From Anaerovoracaceae bacterium (GTDB taxonomy: Bacteria > Bacillota > Clostridia > Peptostreptococcales > Anaerovoracaceae), in assembly GCA_045604305.1 (NCBI GenBank), contig JAZUNV010000064.1:893-64892 (forward strand): a DNA stretch of 64,000 bases, written 5' to 3'. Position 1 is the stretch's first letter; the number at the start of each line of letters is the position of its first letter. The notes under the pieces were generated by a model. That model worked only from the letters and a program-made list of their open reading frames with translations, did no database searches and was not told the DNA's origin. Of this stretch, positions 36,639 through 44,777 are shown in pieces. The position numbers and the translations under genes were made by a program.

Positions 36639-38195
36639 ATGACAAAGAAGAAAAAAGCAGCATTGGCAGTTGCGGCAGCGGCGGTGCTTGCCCTCGGGGG
36701 CACGCTTGCATGGCTCTCGTCCGCCGACGGAGCGGTCACAAATGAATGGGATGCAAACAGAGTCCGGGTCGAACTGACAGAGACAGGAGTCGATGAGAAC
36801 GGTGTAAATGACAGCTTCAGCATCGTACCGGGAACGGAGCAGACAAAGGATCCTAAGATCAGCGCCACAGCAGACATCCCGGCGTACGTATATGCGATCG
36901 TAAAGGATAACACTCACGGACTAGTGGAGTATGAGATCGATCTCTACGATGAAGATACAAATCCGGATGGATGGAAACCGATAGCAGACCTCAGCCTGCT
37001 GACAGGGGCGGTGTCTGCTCTGGATAAGGATGGCAACGAGATCAGCATCGACCCGTCGGAGGACGGAGTGAGCGTGTACTACAGAGAGGTCGCAGGCTCG
37101 AATGCTGATCATGAGCACGGGCCGTGGTCTGTGCTGAAGGGCGACAAGGTCAGCTACAGCGGTTCTCTGACCAACGAGGACATGTACGGTGAGGACGGTG
37201 AGCCTCTGTACGACGACATCTCTCTCGTGTTCAGCGCATATGCAGTACAGAAGGAGCCGTTCAACTCTCCTGAGAATGCATGGAACGGTGCGCCTGCTCA
37301 GGTGACTGCCATCGATCTGGGAGATCCTGTCGAGCTCGAGCCAGGCGCTCAGACCAGACTGACTGCTGCAGTGAGTCCGGAGAGCGCTCCGGATAAGAGC
37401 GTCACGTGGTCAAGCAGCGACGAGTCAGTGGCGACAGTAGACAGCGAGGGCAACGTAACGGCGGTCAGCACCGGCAAGGCGGTGATAACGGCGACGGCAG
37501 CCGACGGAAGCGGAGTCAGCGGGACCTGCTCTGTCAGCGTGGTGAGCTTCGGATATGCAGTCCAGCTGCACTCGACGGACAATGGGACCATTACATTCTG
37601 GCCGGCGATGGGGGTGAATGCCGTAAATGAAGGCATAGACCACGGCGGCGAGGATGATCCTCACGACGGGAAGTGCATCCATGACAGCGATGTCACATGG
37701 AGCTACATAAAGCAGCATCCGGAAGAATTTCAGGATTGCGTAGGGAATCTCTGCACCAGGAAGCTGGAATTAAACTCAAGACGCTTCTCAAATGATGCGA
37801 TCATGACAACTGGAGATGGAGGAGGCATGCTTTACGACGGACTGAGTTCGGATCAGAGGAAATGGGACAGCAGCGGCAGGAATGACGTTGAGACACCGAG
37901 CTACAATCAAACTTTGACCAAGATCAGAAGTAACATGGTCAACGGACCGGAAGGATCGACGTTCTTTCTTCTTAGTGAAGATGAGTTGACATCGTCTACA
38001 TCTATTAATGGAGACAGGGTAGTATACAAAAATGACAGATCAACTAATAATTGGTGGCTGGCGGACAGAGTCACTACCGGCGATGACCCTCTGAATGGCG
38101 CCTGCAGGGTCAGCGGCTCCGGCGTCATCGAAAACAGCTGTCTTTCGTGGGTCGGCGGAGATGAGACTGGCATCGCTCCGGGCTTCAGATACTAG
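36639..38195 (+). CDS. Secreted protein: SipW-type signal peptide, TasA/camelysin-like N-terminal module, Big_2 domain, uncharacterised C-terminal module
   Basis: Signal KKKKAALAVAAAAVLALGGTLAWLSS...TNEW resembles the SipW-cognate class. The Big_2 segment is LTAAVSPESAPDKSVTWSSSDESVATVDSEGNVTAVSTGKAVITA. Confidence 0.85.
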   Translation: MTKKKKAALAVAAAAVLALGGTLAWLSSADGAVTNEWDANRVRVELTETGVDENGVNDSFSIVPGTEQTKDPKISATADIPAYVYAIVKDNTHGLVEYEIDLYDEDTNPDGWKPIADLSLLTGAVSALDKDGNEISIDPSEDGVSVYYREVAGSNADHEHGPWSVLKGDKVSYSGSLTNEDMYGEDGEPLYDDISLVFSAYAVQKEPFNSPENAWNGAPAQVTAIDLGDPVELEPGAQTRLTAAVSPESAPDKSVTWSSSDESVATVDSEGNVTAVSTGKAVITATAADGSGVSGTCSVSVVSFGYAVQLHSTDNGTITFWPAMGVNAVNEGIDHGGEDDPHDGKCIHDSDVTWSYIKQHPEEFQDCVGNLCTRKLELNSRRFSNDAIMTTGDGGGMLYDGLSSDQRKWDSSGRNDVETPSYNQTLTKIRSNMVNGPEGSTFFLLSEDELTSSTSINGDRVVYKNDRSTNNWWLADRVTTGDDPLNGACRVSGSGVIENSCLSWVGGDETGIAPGFRY

Positions 38196-38203
38196 AACTT
38201 ATC

Positions 38204-40423
38204 ATGAACTCAGCATTGAAGATAGCAGCGTTCCTGTTGTCCCTGGCAGTCATCGCAGTATCGGGAACCGGGCTTACGAATGCCTGGCTCATCAGCAGGA
38301 CGGAACCGGCGGACAACAGCTTTATCAGCGGCATCGAGCCATACGGCAGCCTGACTGTGAGCAAGACGGTGGAGCATCCGCTCGGCAGTGATTACATCAT
38401 ACCGGAAAGCATGCGCTTCTCATTCGAGGTCGATCTCGGGACGGGATGCGCGGGCAGGCGCTTTGGCTCTTACAGCTGCGATGAGAGGGGCATCATCGAT
38501 ATTGAAGTGCCTGCGGACGGGAGCGCTGTTATAGACGGGATACCGGTATCGGCGGGGACGGTCACGGTGAGCGAGAAGGATATCCCGGCAGGCTTCACGC
38601 CGGAGGGCGGAGCTTCGAAGGAGATCAGGATATCACAGGCGGAGGATGTGCGCGCTGATTTCGTGAACGTCTATTCTCCGGAGCCGGCGGACAACAGTCT
38701 GAGCGTTATGGTCACCAAGACACTCGAAGGCCGCGCTTGGAAAGACAGTGATGAGTTCATATTCATTTTGGAAGAGCTAAAAGACGGCGAATGGAGGCGG
38801 ATCTCGGAGGGGTCTGCCTCCAGGAACCGCAGGACGGTTGACTTCGGTGCGGCGATGCGAGGGCTGGTCTTCTCCGAAGCCGGGACGTATAAGTTCCGCG
38901 TGAAAGAAGACGAAGGCTCAGCCGGCGGAGTGACTTATGACAGGGCTGTCAGGTACTTCGATGTGATCGTGGCCGATGATGATATGGACGGAAGTCTTGA
39001 GATAAAAAGTCCGGAGATGATAGAGATGGGATTTACGAACAGCTACGCTCCGCATGGATCCGCGGCTGTGGATATAGATATCGTCAAGGAGATGAGCGAT
39101 ACATCAGGGCAGGACAGAGGGCCGGAGGGCTTTCGCTTCGGCCTGTATGAGGGCGACCGGCTGATCGCTGCATCGGATGAAACCTCGGCAGCCGGTATGG
39201 CGGTGATCAGACAGGTATTCACACCTGAGGATATCGGGACTTACCATCGGACGCTCAGGGAGATAGATGCCGGGGATCCCGGGGTCGCGTACGATACGAG
39301 GGAGTACGAGCTCGGCATCACTGTAGCTGACAATGGTGACGGGAGCGTTAGTGCCTTCATCTATGATCTGGATAATGATCGCAGTGAGAGCAGTGGGATC
39401 CCGCCCGGGGTGACGGGCAGCTATGAGGCGGAGTTCGCCAACACATATGATCTCGTGGATGCATCCCTGACGATAAGAGGCGTCAAGAGGCTCGAAGGCA
39501 GGAAGCTCAGGGCAGGAGAGTTCAGGTTTGAGCTGTATGAGACGGGGCCGGGCTATGACAGCGCAGAAGGGGCTGCGGCGGCGACTGCAGTGAATGCGGA
39601 TGACGGCAGCTTCGGCTTTGACCTTACATACGGCAGAGCCGGCACATACCATTACGTGATAAAGGAGGACGCGAGCGCCCTTCCGGGCGGGGTCATCTGT
39701 GACAGTTCGGAGTATCACGTAAGGGTCGATGTGACCGATGCGGGAGGCACCCTGAAAGCAGAGCCTGCGGTGACGGATGCCGAAGGACATGAGAGAGATA
39801 TCGTGTTCACCAACAGGTATTCTCCAAAGCCTTCGGTACTGATACTGCAGGGCTTGAAGGTCCTTAAAGGGAGGGCTCTCAGGGAAGGTGAATTCAGCTT
39901 CGCCCTTTACCGGACAGACAGGCTGTTCCGCAGGGAGGAGCTCGTTTGCGAGACCTCCAATAACAGCGACGGCTCCTTCAGCTTCGGAGAGCTGTGCCTT
40001 GATGAAGAGGGCAGGTATTACTTCATTGTAAGGGAGCTTGCAGGCAGCCCGGACGGAGACATCAGCTATGACAGCAGCGTTTATCACATCACTGCCGAAG
40101 TCAGCGATGACGGGGAAGGCTCTCTTGTGACAGAGTATGAGATCTCGGAGCTTTGCGGCGGGACTGAGAGGAGCGCTGAGGAGATAAGGTTTACAAATAC
40201 GTATCTCGGACCGGATCAGGGCGGAAATGGCCGCGGCAGGGACGCAGGCAAAAATGATGTCAGTGGATCCGGAGACGCTAATGCGGCAAGGACAGGAGAT
40301 CAGGCAGTGCTGATCGTGTGGATGATCATCATGGTGGTATCCGCCGTATGTCTGGCCGCAGCACTGAGGCGTGCAGTAAGGAGAAGAAATGACAGGACGA
40401 CAGATGATGGCAAGGATGATTGA
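38204..40423 (+). CDS. Pilin-like surface protein: SipW-type signal, CnaB-like domain, about five Spy0128/FctA-type repeats, LPXTG-like AARTG plus TM plus basic tail
   Basis: Signal ...VSGTGLTNAWLISRTEPADNSF. Repeat modules end in VNVYSP, FTNSYAP, FANTYDL, FTNRYSP and FTNTYLG, with the internal pattern GEFxFxLY...DGSFxF...GxYxYxIxE. The tail is AARTGDQAVLIVWMIIMVVSAVCLAAALRRAVRRR. Confidence 0.85.
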   Translation: MNSALKIAAFLLSLAVIAVSGTGLTNAWLISRTEPADNSFISGIEPYGSLTVSKTVEHPLGSDYIIPESMRFSFEVDLGTGCAGRRFGSYSCDERGIIDIEVPADGSAVIDGIPVSAGTVTVSEKDIPAGFTPEGGASKEIRISQAEDVRADFVNVYSPEPADNSLSVMVTKTLEGRAWKDSDEFIFILEELKDGEWRRISEGSASRNRRTVDFGAAMRGLVFSEAGTYKFRVKEDEGSAGGVTYDRAVRYFDVIVADDDMDGSLEIKSPEMIEMGFTNSYAPHGSAAVDIDIVKEMSDTSGQDRGPEGFRFGLYEGDRLIAASDETSAAGMAVIRQVFTPEDIGTYHRTLREIDAGDPGVAYDTREYELGITVADNGDGSVSAFIYDLDNDRSESSGIPPGVTGSYEAEFANTYDLVDASLTIRGVKRLEGRKLRAGEFRFELYETGPGYDSAEGAAAATAVNADDGSFGFDLTYGRAGTYHYVIKEDASALPGGVICDSSEYHVRVDVTDAGGTLKAEPAVTDAEGHERDIVFTNRYSPKPSVLILQGLKVLKGRALREGEFSFALYRTDRLFRREELVCETSNNSDGSFSFGELCLDEEGRYYFIVRELAGSPDGDISYDSSVYHITAEVSDDGEGSLVTEYEISELCGGTERSAEEIRFTNTYLGPDQGGNGRGRDAGKNDVSGSGDANAARTGDQAVLIVWMIIMVVSAVCLAAALRRAVRRRNDRTTDDGKDD

Positions 40424-41357
40424 CATATTGACCTGGGCCGCAGTCGGCATAGCAGTGCTCGCTGCGGTCCTGCTCGGAGGCGTAAGACTTGTGGGCTTCA
40501 CCCCTTACGCAGTATCCACGGGATCCATGGAGCCGGCCTGCCACGTAGGAAGCGTGGTTTATGTCAGGCACGTCGATGCGAAAGAACTCGAAAAGGGAGA
40601 CGTGATCACCTTCAGGCTCGGTGGAGATGCACTTGCAACGCACAGGATAGTGGAGATCATCCGGGATGATGAGGGACTGTGCTTCCGGACCAAAGGCGAT
40701 GCCAACGATGCGGCCGATGCATCTTTAGTTGAAGCGGACAGGGTAGTTGGCAGAGTATGCTTCGACATCCCTTATCTGGGATACTGCGCAGCGTACCTGG
40801 GATCTCTCAGAGGCGTCGGTGCATGGCTGAGGGCTGGGGGCGGCTCGGCAGCCAACCTCTTCGACCCGGCAGAGACGGATATCGGGATGGTAGAGACGGA
40901 TACCGGGATCGACGGAGATGACGATGACAGGACGAATTCCTACGAGATCGTGCCCGGGGGAGAGCAGGATCATATAACGAAGGATCCTGCGGTCACGATA
41001 CCGGCCGGCAGCACGGACTGCTGGGTCTTCGTAAAGATCGAGGAGACAGAAGGCTTCGCTGACCTCATGTACTATGAGATCGCTGAGGGATGGACAAAGC
41101 TCGACTGCGAAGATAAGGTCTATTACCGGACGAGCGGGAGGAACCGTGCGCCCAGGAGATACAGCGTCCTGAAGGACGACAGGGTAAAGCTGAGAAAGAC
41201 TGTGACAAGGAGCCGGATCAATTCGCTGGAGAAGGGTACCTGTCCCGGGCTCAGGATCACAGCCTTTTCCGTGCAGTATGCGGCCTTCGGGAATGCTCGG
41301 GAAGCGTGGGCAGAAGCCGGCAAAGGAGCACTTGAGGTAAAGTGTTCCTTGACGTGA
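40389..41357 (+). CDS. sipW: Signal peptidase I, SipW (archaeal/ER) type, fused to a C-terminal TasA-like module
   Basis: Peptidase motifs STGSMEP, ATHRIVEI and KGDAND. Residues about 150-322 align with the N-terminal module of the 36639 product (SxxIVPGxEQ..KDP, VYYR, SVLKxDxV, A(F/Y)(S/A)VQ, EAW). The start follows TAAGGAG and overlaps the end of the upstream gene. Confidence 0.85.
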   Translation: MTGRQMMARMIDILTWAAVGIAVLAAVLLGGVRLVGFTPYAVSTGSMEPACHVGSVVYVRHVDAKELEKGDVITFRLGGDALATHRIVEIIRDDEGLCFRTKGDANDAADASLVEADRVVGRVCFDIPYLGYCAAYLGSLRGVGAWLRAGGGSAANLFDPAETDIGMVETDTGIDGDDDDRTNSYEIVPGGEQDHITKDPAVTIPAGSTDCWVFVKIEETEGFADLMYYEIAEGWTKLDCEDKVYYRTSGRNRAPRRYSVLKDDRVKLRKTVTRSRINSLEKGTCPGLRITAFSVQYAAFGNAREAWAEAGKGALEVKCSLT

Positions 41358-41362
41358 ACTGC

Positions 41363-41567
41363 AGCAGCGATAAGCCCTGAGGCGAGAGTCCTCGAAAGGC
41401 CGAAGCACAAGCCGTTCCGTCGTCCCTCCATGGGACTCCGGGAATTCCGCTCCCTCGGCAGGCTCCGGGAGCTCCAGTTCCCGGAGCTCCTTTCGTTGTC
41501 GGTACGCCGTCACGGTGTGCTTCTGACCTTTCTTGCGGGAGTTCTCGCCTCAGGGCTTATCGCTGCT
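41363..41567. repeat. 205-bp imperfect palindromic element with 25-bp perfect terminal inverted repeats
   Basis: AGCAGCGATAAGCCCTGAGGCGAGA (41363-41387) is the exact reverse complement of 41543-41567. Nested pairings are GAAAGG/CCTTTC, GAAGCACA (41402-41409) / TGTGCTTC (41516-41523), and the central hairpin GCTCCGGGA (41462-41470) / TCCCGGAGC (41479-41487). Confidence 0.9.
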
Positions 41568-41664
41568 TCCTTATGACAACAGAAAAGCCGTTAGCCCTTT
41601 TTTTATTGTCCGGAAGGATATACAATTATCGTGTACGAAAACGATAAGGAAGAGAGGGATCATT

Positions 41665-42840
41665 ATGGAGATAATGGAATATTTTACACCTACTCATGTA
41701 TATTTCGGCAGAGGGGCTGAGGACAAGCTGGCTGATGCGCTCAGCGAGTTCGGAGCGACTAAGGTGCTGATCCACTTCGGGTCGGGCTCGGTCAGGAAGA
41801 GCGGACTTCTGGACAGAGTCGAGGCTCAGCTGAAGGACGCAGGCATAGGCTTCGTCGAACTCGGCGGAGTAGTGCCGAATCCGAGAGTGTCGCTGGTAAG
41901 GAAGGGCATCGAGCTCTACAAGAGCGAAGGCTGCGACTTCATACTTTCGGTCGGCGGAGGCTCGGTTCTCGACAGCTGTAAGGCGATCGGATACGGCGTC
42001 TACGGCGGCGGAGATGTCTGGGACTTCTACTGCGGCAAGCGCAAGGTGACAGGCACTGCGCCTGTCGGATGCATACTGACTCTGTCAGCCACGGGATCGG
42101 AGATGAGCGACTCATCAGTCATCACCAATGATGAGACAGATCCGACATATAAGAGGGGCGTCAATACCGATTTCGGCAGAGTGAAATTCGCGCTGCTCGA
42201 TCCGATGCTTACTGCAACCGTATCGAAATACCAGACTGCATGCGGAGCTACGGACATCATGATGCATACGCTCGAGAGATACTTCCACGAGGGATATGCT
42301 CTCGACTTCACGGACGAGCTTTCGTTCACTCTCCTCAGAGAGGTGATGAAGTGGGCTCCTGTGGCTCTCGAAAAACCTGATGACTACGATGCAAGAGCCA
42401 ATCTCATGTGGTGCGGCTCGCTCTCGCACAACGGACTCATGGCGGCCGGCAATTCGACAAAGGGAGACTGGGCCTGCCATCAGATAGAGCACGAGCTATC
42501 AGCGGAGTACGATGTGGCTCACGGAGCCGGTCTGGCAGCGATTTGGGCTTCATGGGCGAGGTACTGCCTGGATGTCGACAGAACCAGATTCGTCAAGCTT
42601 GGCGAGGGAGTGTTCGGGGAGAGCGATCCGGAGAAGGCGATAGCAAAGTTCGAGGACTTCTTCCGTTCAATCGGCATGCCGACGGATATCAAAGGCCTTG
42701 GCCTTGACTTCGACGAGGCGGCCTGCAGGACGGCAGCTCTGGGAGTTACCTTCCAGGATGCGAGGACGATTGGCAACTTCAAGGTGCTGAACACCGAAGA
42801 CATCTTCAATATCTACATGATGGCATCCGGACTCAGATAG
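41665..42840 (+). CDS. Iron-containing (group III) alcohol dehydrogenase, butanol dehydrogenase/YqhD-like
   Basis: The GGGSVLDSCKAI motif, His-rich metal site region (HTLERYFH, HQIEH, HGAGLA) and about 391 aa from ATG 41665. Confidence 0.88.
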   Translation: MEIMEYFTPTHVYFGRGAEDKLADALSEFGATKVLIHFGSGSVRKSGLLDRVEAQLKDAGIGFVELGGVVPNPRVSLVRKGIELYKSEGCDFILSVGGGSVLDSCKAIGYGVYGGGDVWDFYCGKRKVTGTAPVGCILTLSATGSEMSDSSVITNDETDPTYKRGVNTDFGRVKFALLDPMLTATVSKYQTACGATDIMMHTLERYFHEGYALDFTDELSFTLLREVMKWAPVALEKPDDYDARANLMWCGSLSHNGLMAAGNSTKGDWACHQIEHELSAEYDVAHGAGLAAIWASWARYCLDVDRTRFVKLGEGVFGESDPEKAIAKFEDFFRSIGMPTDIKGLGLDFDEAACRTAALGVTFQDARTIGNFKVLNTEDIFNIYMMASGLR

Positions 42841-42841
42841 C

Positions 42842-43216
42842 ATGGACGGCAGATTCGGTATCAACATGAAGAAGTACTGCCGCAGTCACGAAGAGGCGAT
42901 GCTGGATGCGCTCGGCAGGGGCGATGAAGTCACGGAGGAGCTGCTGAAGCGTCATCTGGAGAAGCTCAGATGGATACAGCACGAAAGGCTCATCCATCTC
43001 ATCGTTACGCTCATGGTGGTGATCACAGAGCTGGTCACGCTGTGCGTGGTGATCTTTTATGACGGATACGGGCTCGCTCCGGCGGTGATAATGCTGGGCC
43101 TGGCGATACTGCTGGGGTTCTACTTTTATCATTACTTCTTCCTGGAGAATACCGTCCAGAGATGGTATCTGATAGCCGACGAGATGCAGAGCGTAATAGA
43201 CGAAAGGACGAGGTGA
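42842..43216 (+). CDS. Hypothetical membrane protein (2 TM)
   Basis: Two hydrophobic helices (LIVTLMVVITELVTLCVVIF, VIMLGLAILLGFYFYHYFF). No family recognised, and the start is uncertain. Confidence 0.5.
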   Translation: MDGRFGINMKKYCRSHEEAMLDALGRGDEVTEELLKRHLEKLRWIQHERLIHLIVTLMVVITELVTLCVVIFYDGYGLAPAVIMLGLAILLGFYFYHYFFLENTVQRWYLIADEMQSVIDERTR

Positions 43217-43221
43217 CCGAC

Positions 43222-43956
43222 ATGGATGAAAAGATTCTGGAACTAAAGAAGATAATAGACGAAAGCCGCAATATCGTGTTCTTCGGAGGCGCGGGAGTGT
43301 CGACTGAGAGCGGCATACCTGACTTCAGAAGCGCGAGCGGCCTGTACAATCAGGATCTGGGCAGGACCGTATCGCCTGAGGAGATGATATCCCACACATT
43401 TTACGTGAAGCATCCGGACCAGTTCTTTGAGTTCTACAGAGACAAGCTGATCTATGCGGACGCGCAGCCTAACTACTGCCACAAGGCTCTGGCCGAGCTC
43501 GAGAAGCAGGGCAAGGTCAAAGCCATAGTCACTCAGAACATCGACGGCCTCCACCAGAAGGCGGGAAGCAAGACTGTGTGGGAGCTCCACGGATCGACTC
43601 TGAGGAACTACTGCGAGAACTGCCACGCATACTACGGGCTCGATAAGGTGCTCGAGACTGACGGTGTACCTGTGTGCGACAAGTGCGGCGGCAGGGTCAA
43701 GCCGGACGTGGTGCTTTACGAGGAGGGCCTCGATGACAGGGTCGTAAGCGGCGCGATCGATTCCATCTCCGCAGCCGACACCCTCATAGTCGGCGGCACT
43801 ACTCTGATAGTGTATCCGGCGGCCGGACTGATCCACTACTTCCACGGCAAGAAGCTGGTTCTCATCAACATGAGCGCGACCAGTGCCGACAGCGGAGCTG
43901 ATCTCGTGATACGCGAGCCTATCGGAGAAGTATTCAAACAGGTGATGGGCTGGTAG
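43222..43956 (+). CDS. cobB: NAD-dependent protein deacylase (Sir2 family)
   Basis: GAGVSTESGIPDFRS, TQNIDGLH, and a Zn ribbon CENC...CDKCGG. Confidence 0.9.
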   Translation: MDEKILELKKIIDESRNIVFFGGAGVSTESGIPDFRSASGLYNQDLGRTVSPEEMISHTFYVKHPDQFFEFYRDKLIYADAQPNYCHKALAELEKQGKVKAIVTQNIDGLHQKAGSKTVWELHGSTLRNYCENCHAYYGLDKVLETDGVPVCDKCGGRVKPDVVLYEEGLDDRVVSGAIDSISAADTLIVGGTTLIVYPAAGLIHYFHGKKLVLINMSATSADSGADLVIREPIGEVFKQVMGW

Positions 43957-43985
43957 AGGCTATTTGATATAACGGGATGATGCGG

Positions 43986-44020
43986 CGGGTATTATTGAAT
44001 TTATCAATAATACCCGTTTT
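43986..44020 (+). terminator. Rho-independent terminator after the Sir2 gene
   Basis: 13-bp stem CGGGTATTATTGA / TCAATAATACCCG, followed by TTTT. Confidence 0.8.
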
Positions 44021-44076
44021 AAAAAGAGAGTATATTTGTTGTGTAAACAAATTCAGATTTATTGGAGGTATTTATT

Positions 44077-44652
44077 ATGAGAATAGATGCAGGCGGCAAG
44101 CAGTGCCCTATCCCGGTTATCATGGCAAAGAAGGAACTCGAAGCAGGCGAGCAGGATGTTGAGATCATCGTTGACGGCCCTACACAGGTAGGCAACCTGA
44201 CAAGACTCGGTGACGCACTCGGCAGACCGGCTACAAGTGAGCCATGCGGCGACAAGTTCCTCGTAAAGTTCGCTAACGGCGAGACTAAGATGGGAGCTAC
44301 AGTAGCAGAGGCAGGCACATATGCCGTATTCTTCAACAAGGATTCGATCGGGACCAACGAGGGCGAACTCGGACAGAACCTCGCCAAGATGGCTATCTTC
44401 ACACTCAGCGAGTCCGACAATATCCCTTCGTACGTTCTCTTCATGAACGAGGGAGTCAAGCTCGTAACAGGAGTTGAGCCGCAGATCGTTGAGAACCTCA
44501 ACACACTTATCGAAAAGGGCACACAGGTCCTCGTATGCGGAACATGCCTGAACTTCTACGGCCTCAAGGACGATCTTAAGGTCGGCACAGTCAGCAACAT
44601 GTACGACATCCTCGGCGCAATGCAGGAGGTCAGCAAGGTAATAAAGCTGTAA
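44077..44652 (+). CDS. yedF: YedF-type selenium/sulfur metabolism protein (TusA-like N domain plus DsrE-like C domain)
   Basis: GKQCPIPV (the TusA CPxP motif) and a C-terminal VLVCGTCLNFYG region. The start ATG 44077 follows GGAGG. Confidence 0.8.
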   Translation: MRIDAGGKQCPIPVIMAKKELEAGEQDVEIIVDGPTQVGNLTRLGDALGRPATSEPCGDKFLVKFANGETKMGATVAEAGTYAVFFNKDSIGTNEGELGQNLAKMAIFTLSESDNIPSYVLFMNEGVKLVTGVEPQIVENLNTLIEKGTQVLVCGTCLNFYGLKDDLKVGTVSNMYDILGAMQEVSKVIKL

Positions 44653-44681
44653 TCTCTTCGTAGTAGACAAAAAACTATAAG

Positions 44682-44709
44682 AGCAGGCTCATATAAGGCC
44701 TGCTTTTAT
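44682..44709 (+). terminator. Rho-independent terminator after yedF
   Basis: Stem AGCAGGC (44682-44688) / GCCTGCT (44698-44704), followed by TTTAT. Confidence 0.6.
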
Positions 44710-44777
44710 GTTAAAATCATTTAGTTGTTAATGCTGAGTCCATCCGTAAACGGATCAGGGAGATACAGACAAAGGAT

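Noticed and set aside
40725-41513. A minus-strand ORF has an N-terminus (...GGTTERLVLRPFEDS) that resembles the start of RimJ/RimL-type GNAT acetyltransferases. It lies inside the palindromic element.
   Set aside because: Only about 12 residues look GNAT-like. The rest of the ORF is antisense to sipW and has junk composition. At most it hints that the palindrome arose from an inverted duplication of a gene 5' end.
41543-41567. There is an 11-nt identity (AGGGCTTATCG) between the right arm of the palindromic element and the first bases of the xth-rpsT spacer (8419-8429), and an AGCGATAA match at about 45815. These might link three loci into one element family.
   Set aside because: A rough estimate gives an 11-mer match between a 25-nt query (both strands) and 64 kb a chance expectation of order one. 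There is no extended similarity around the matches.
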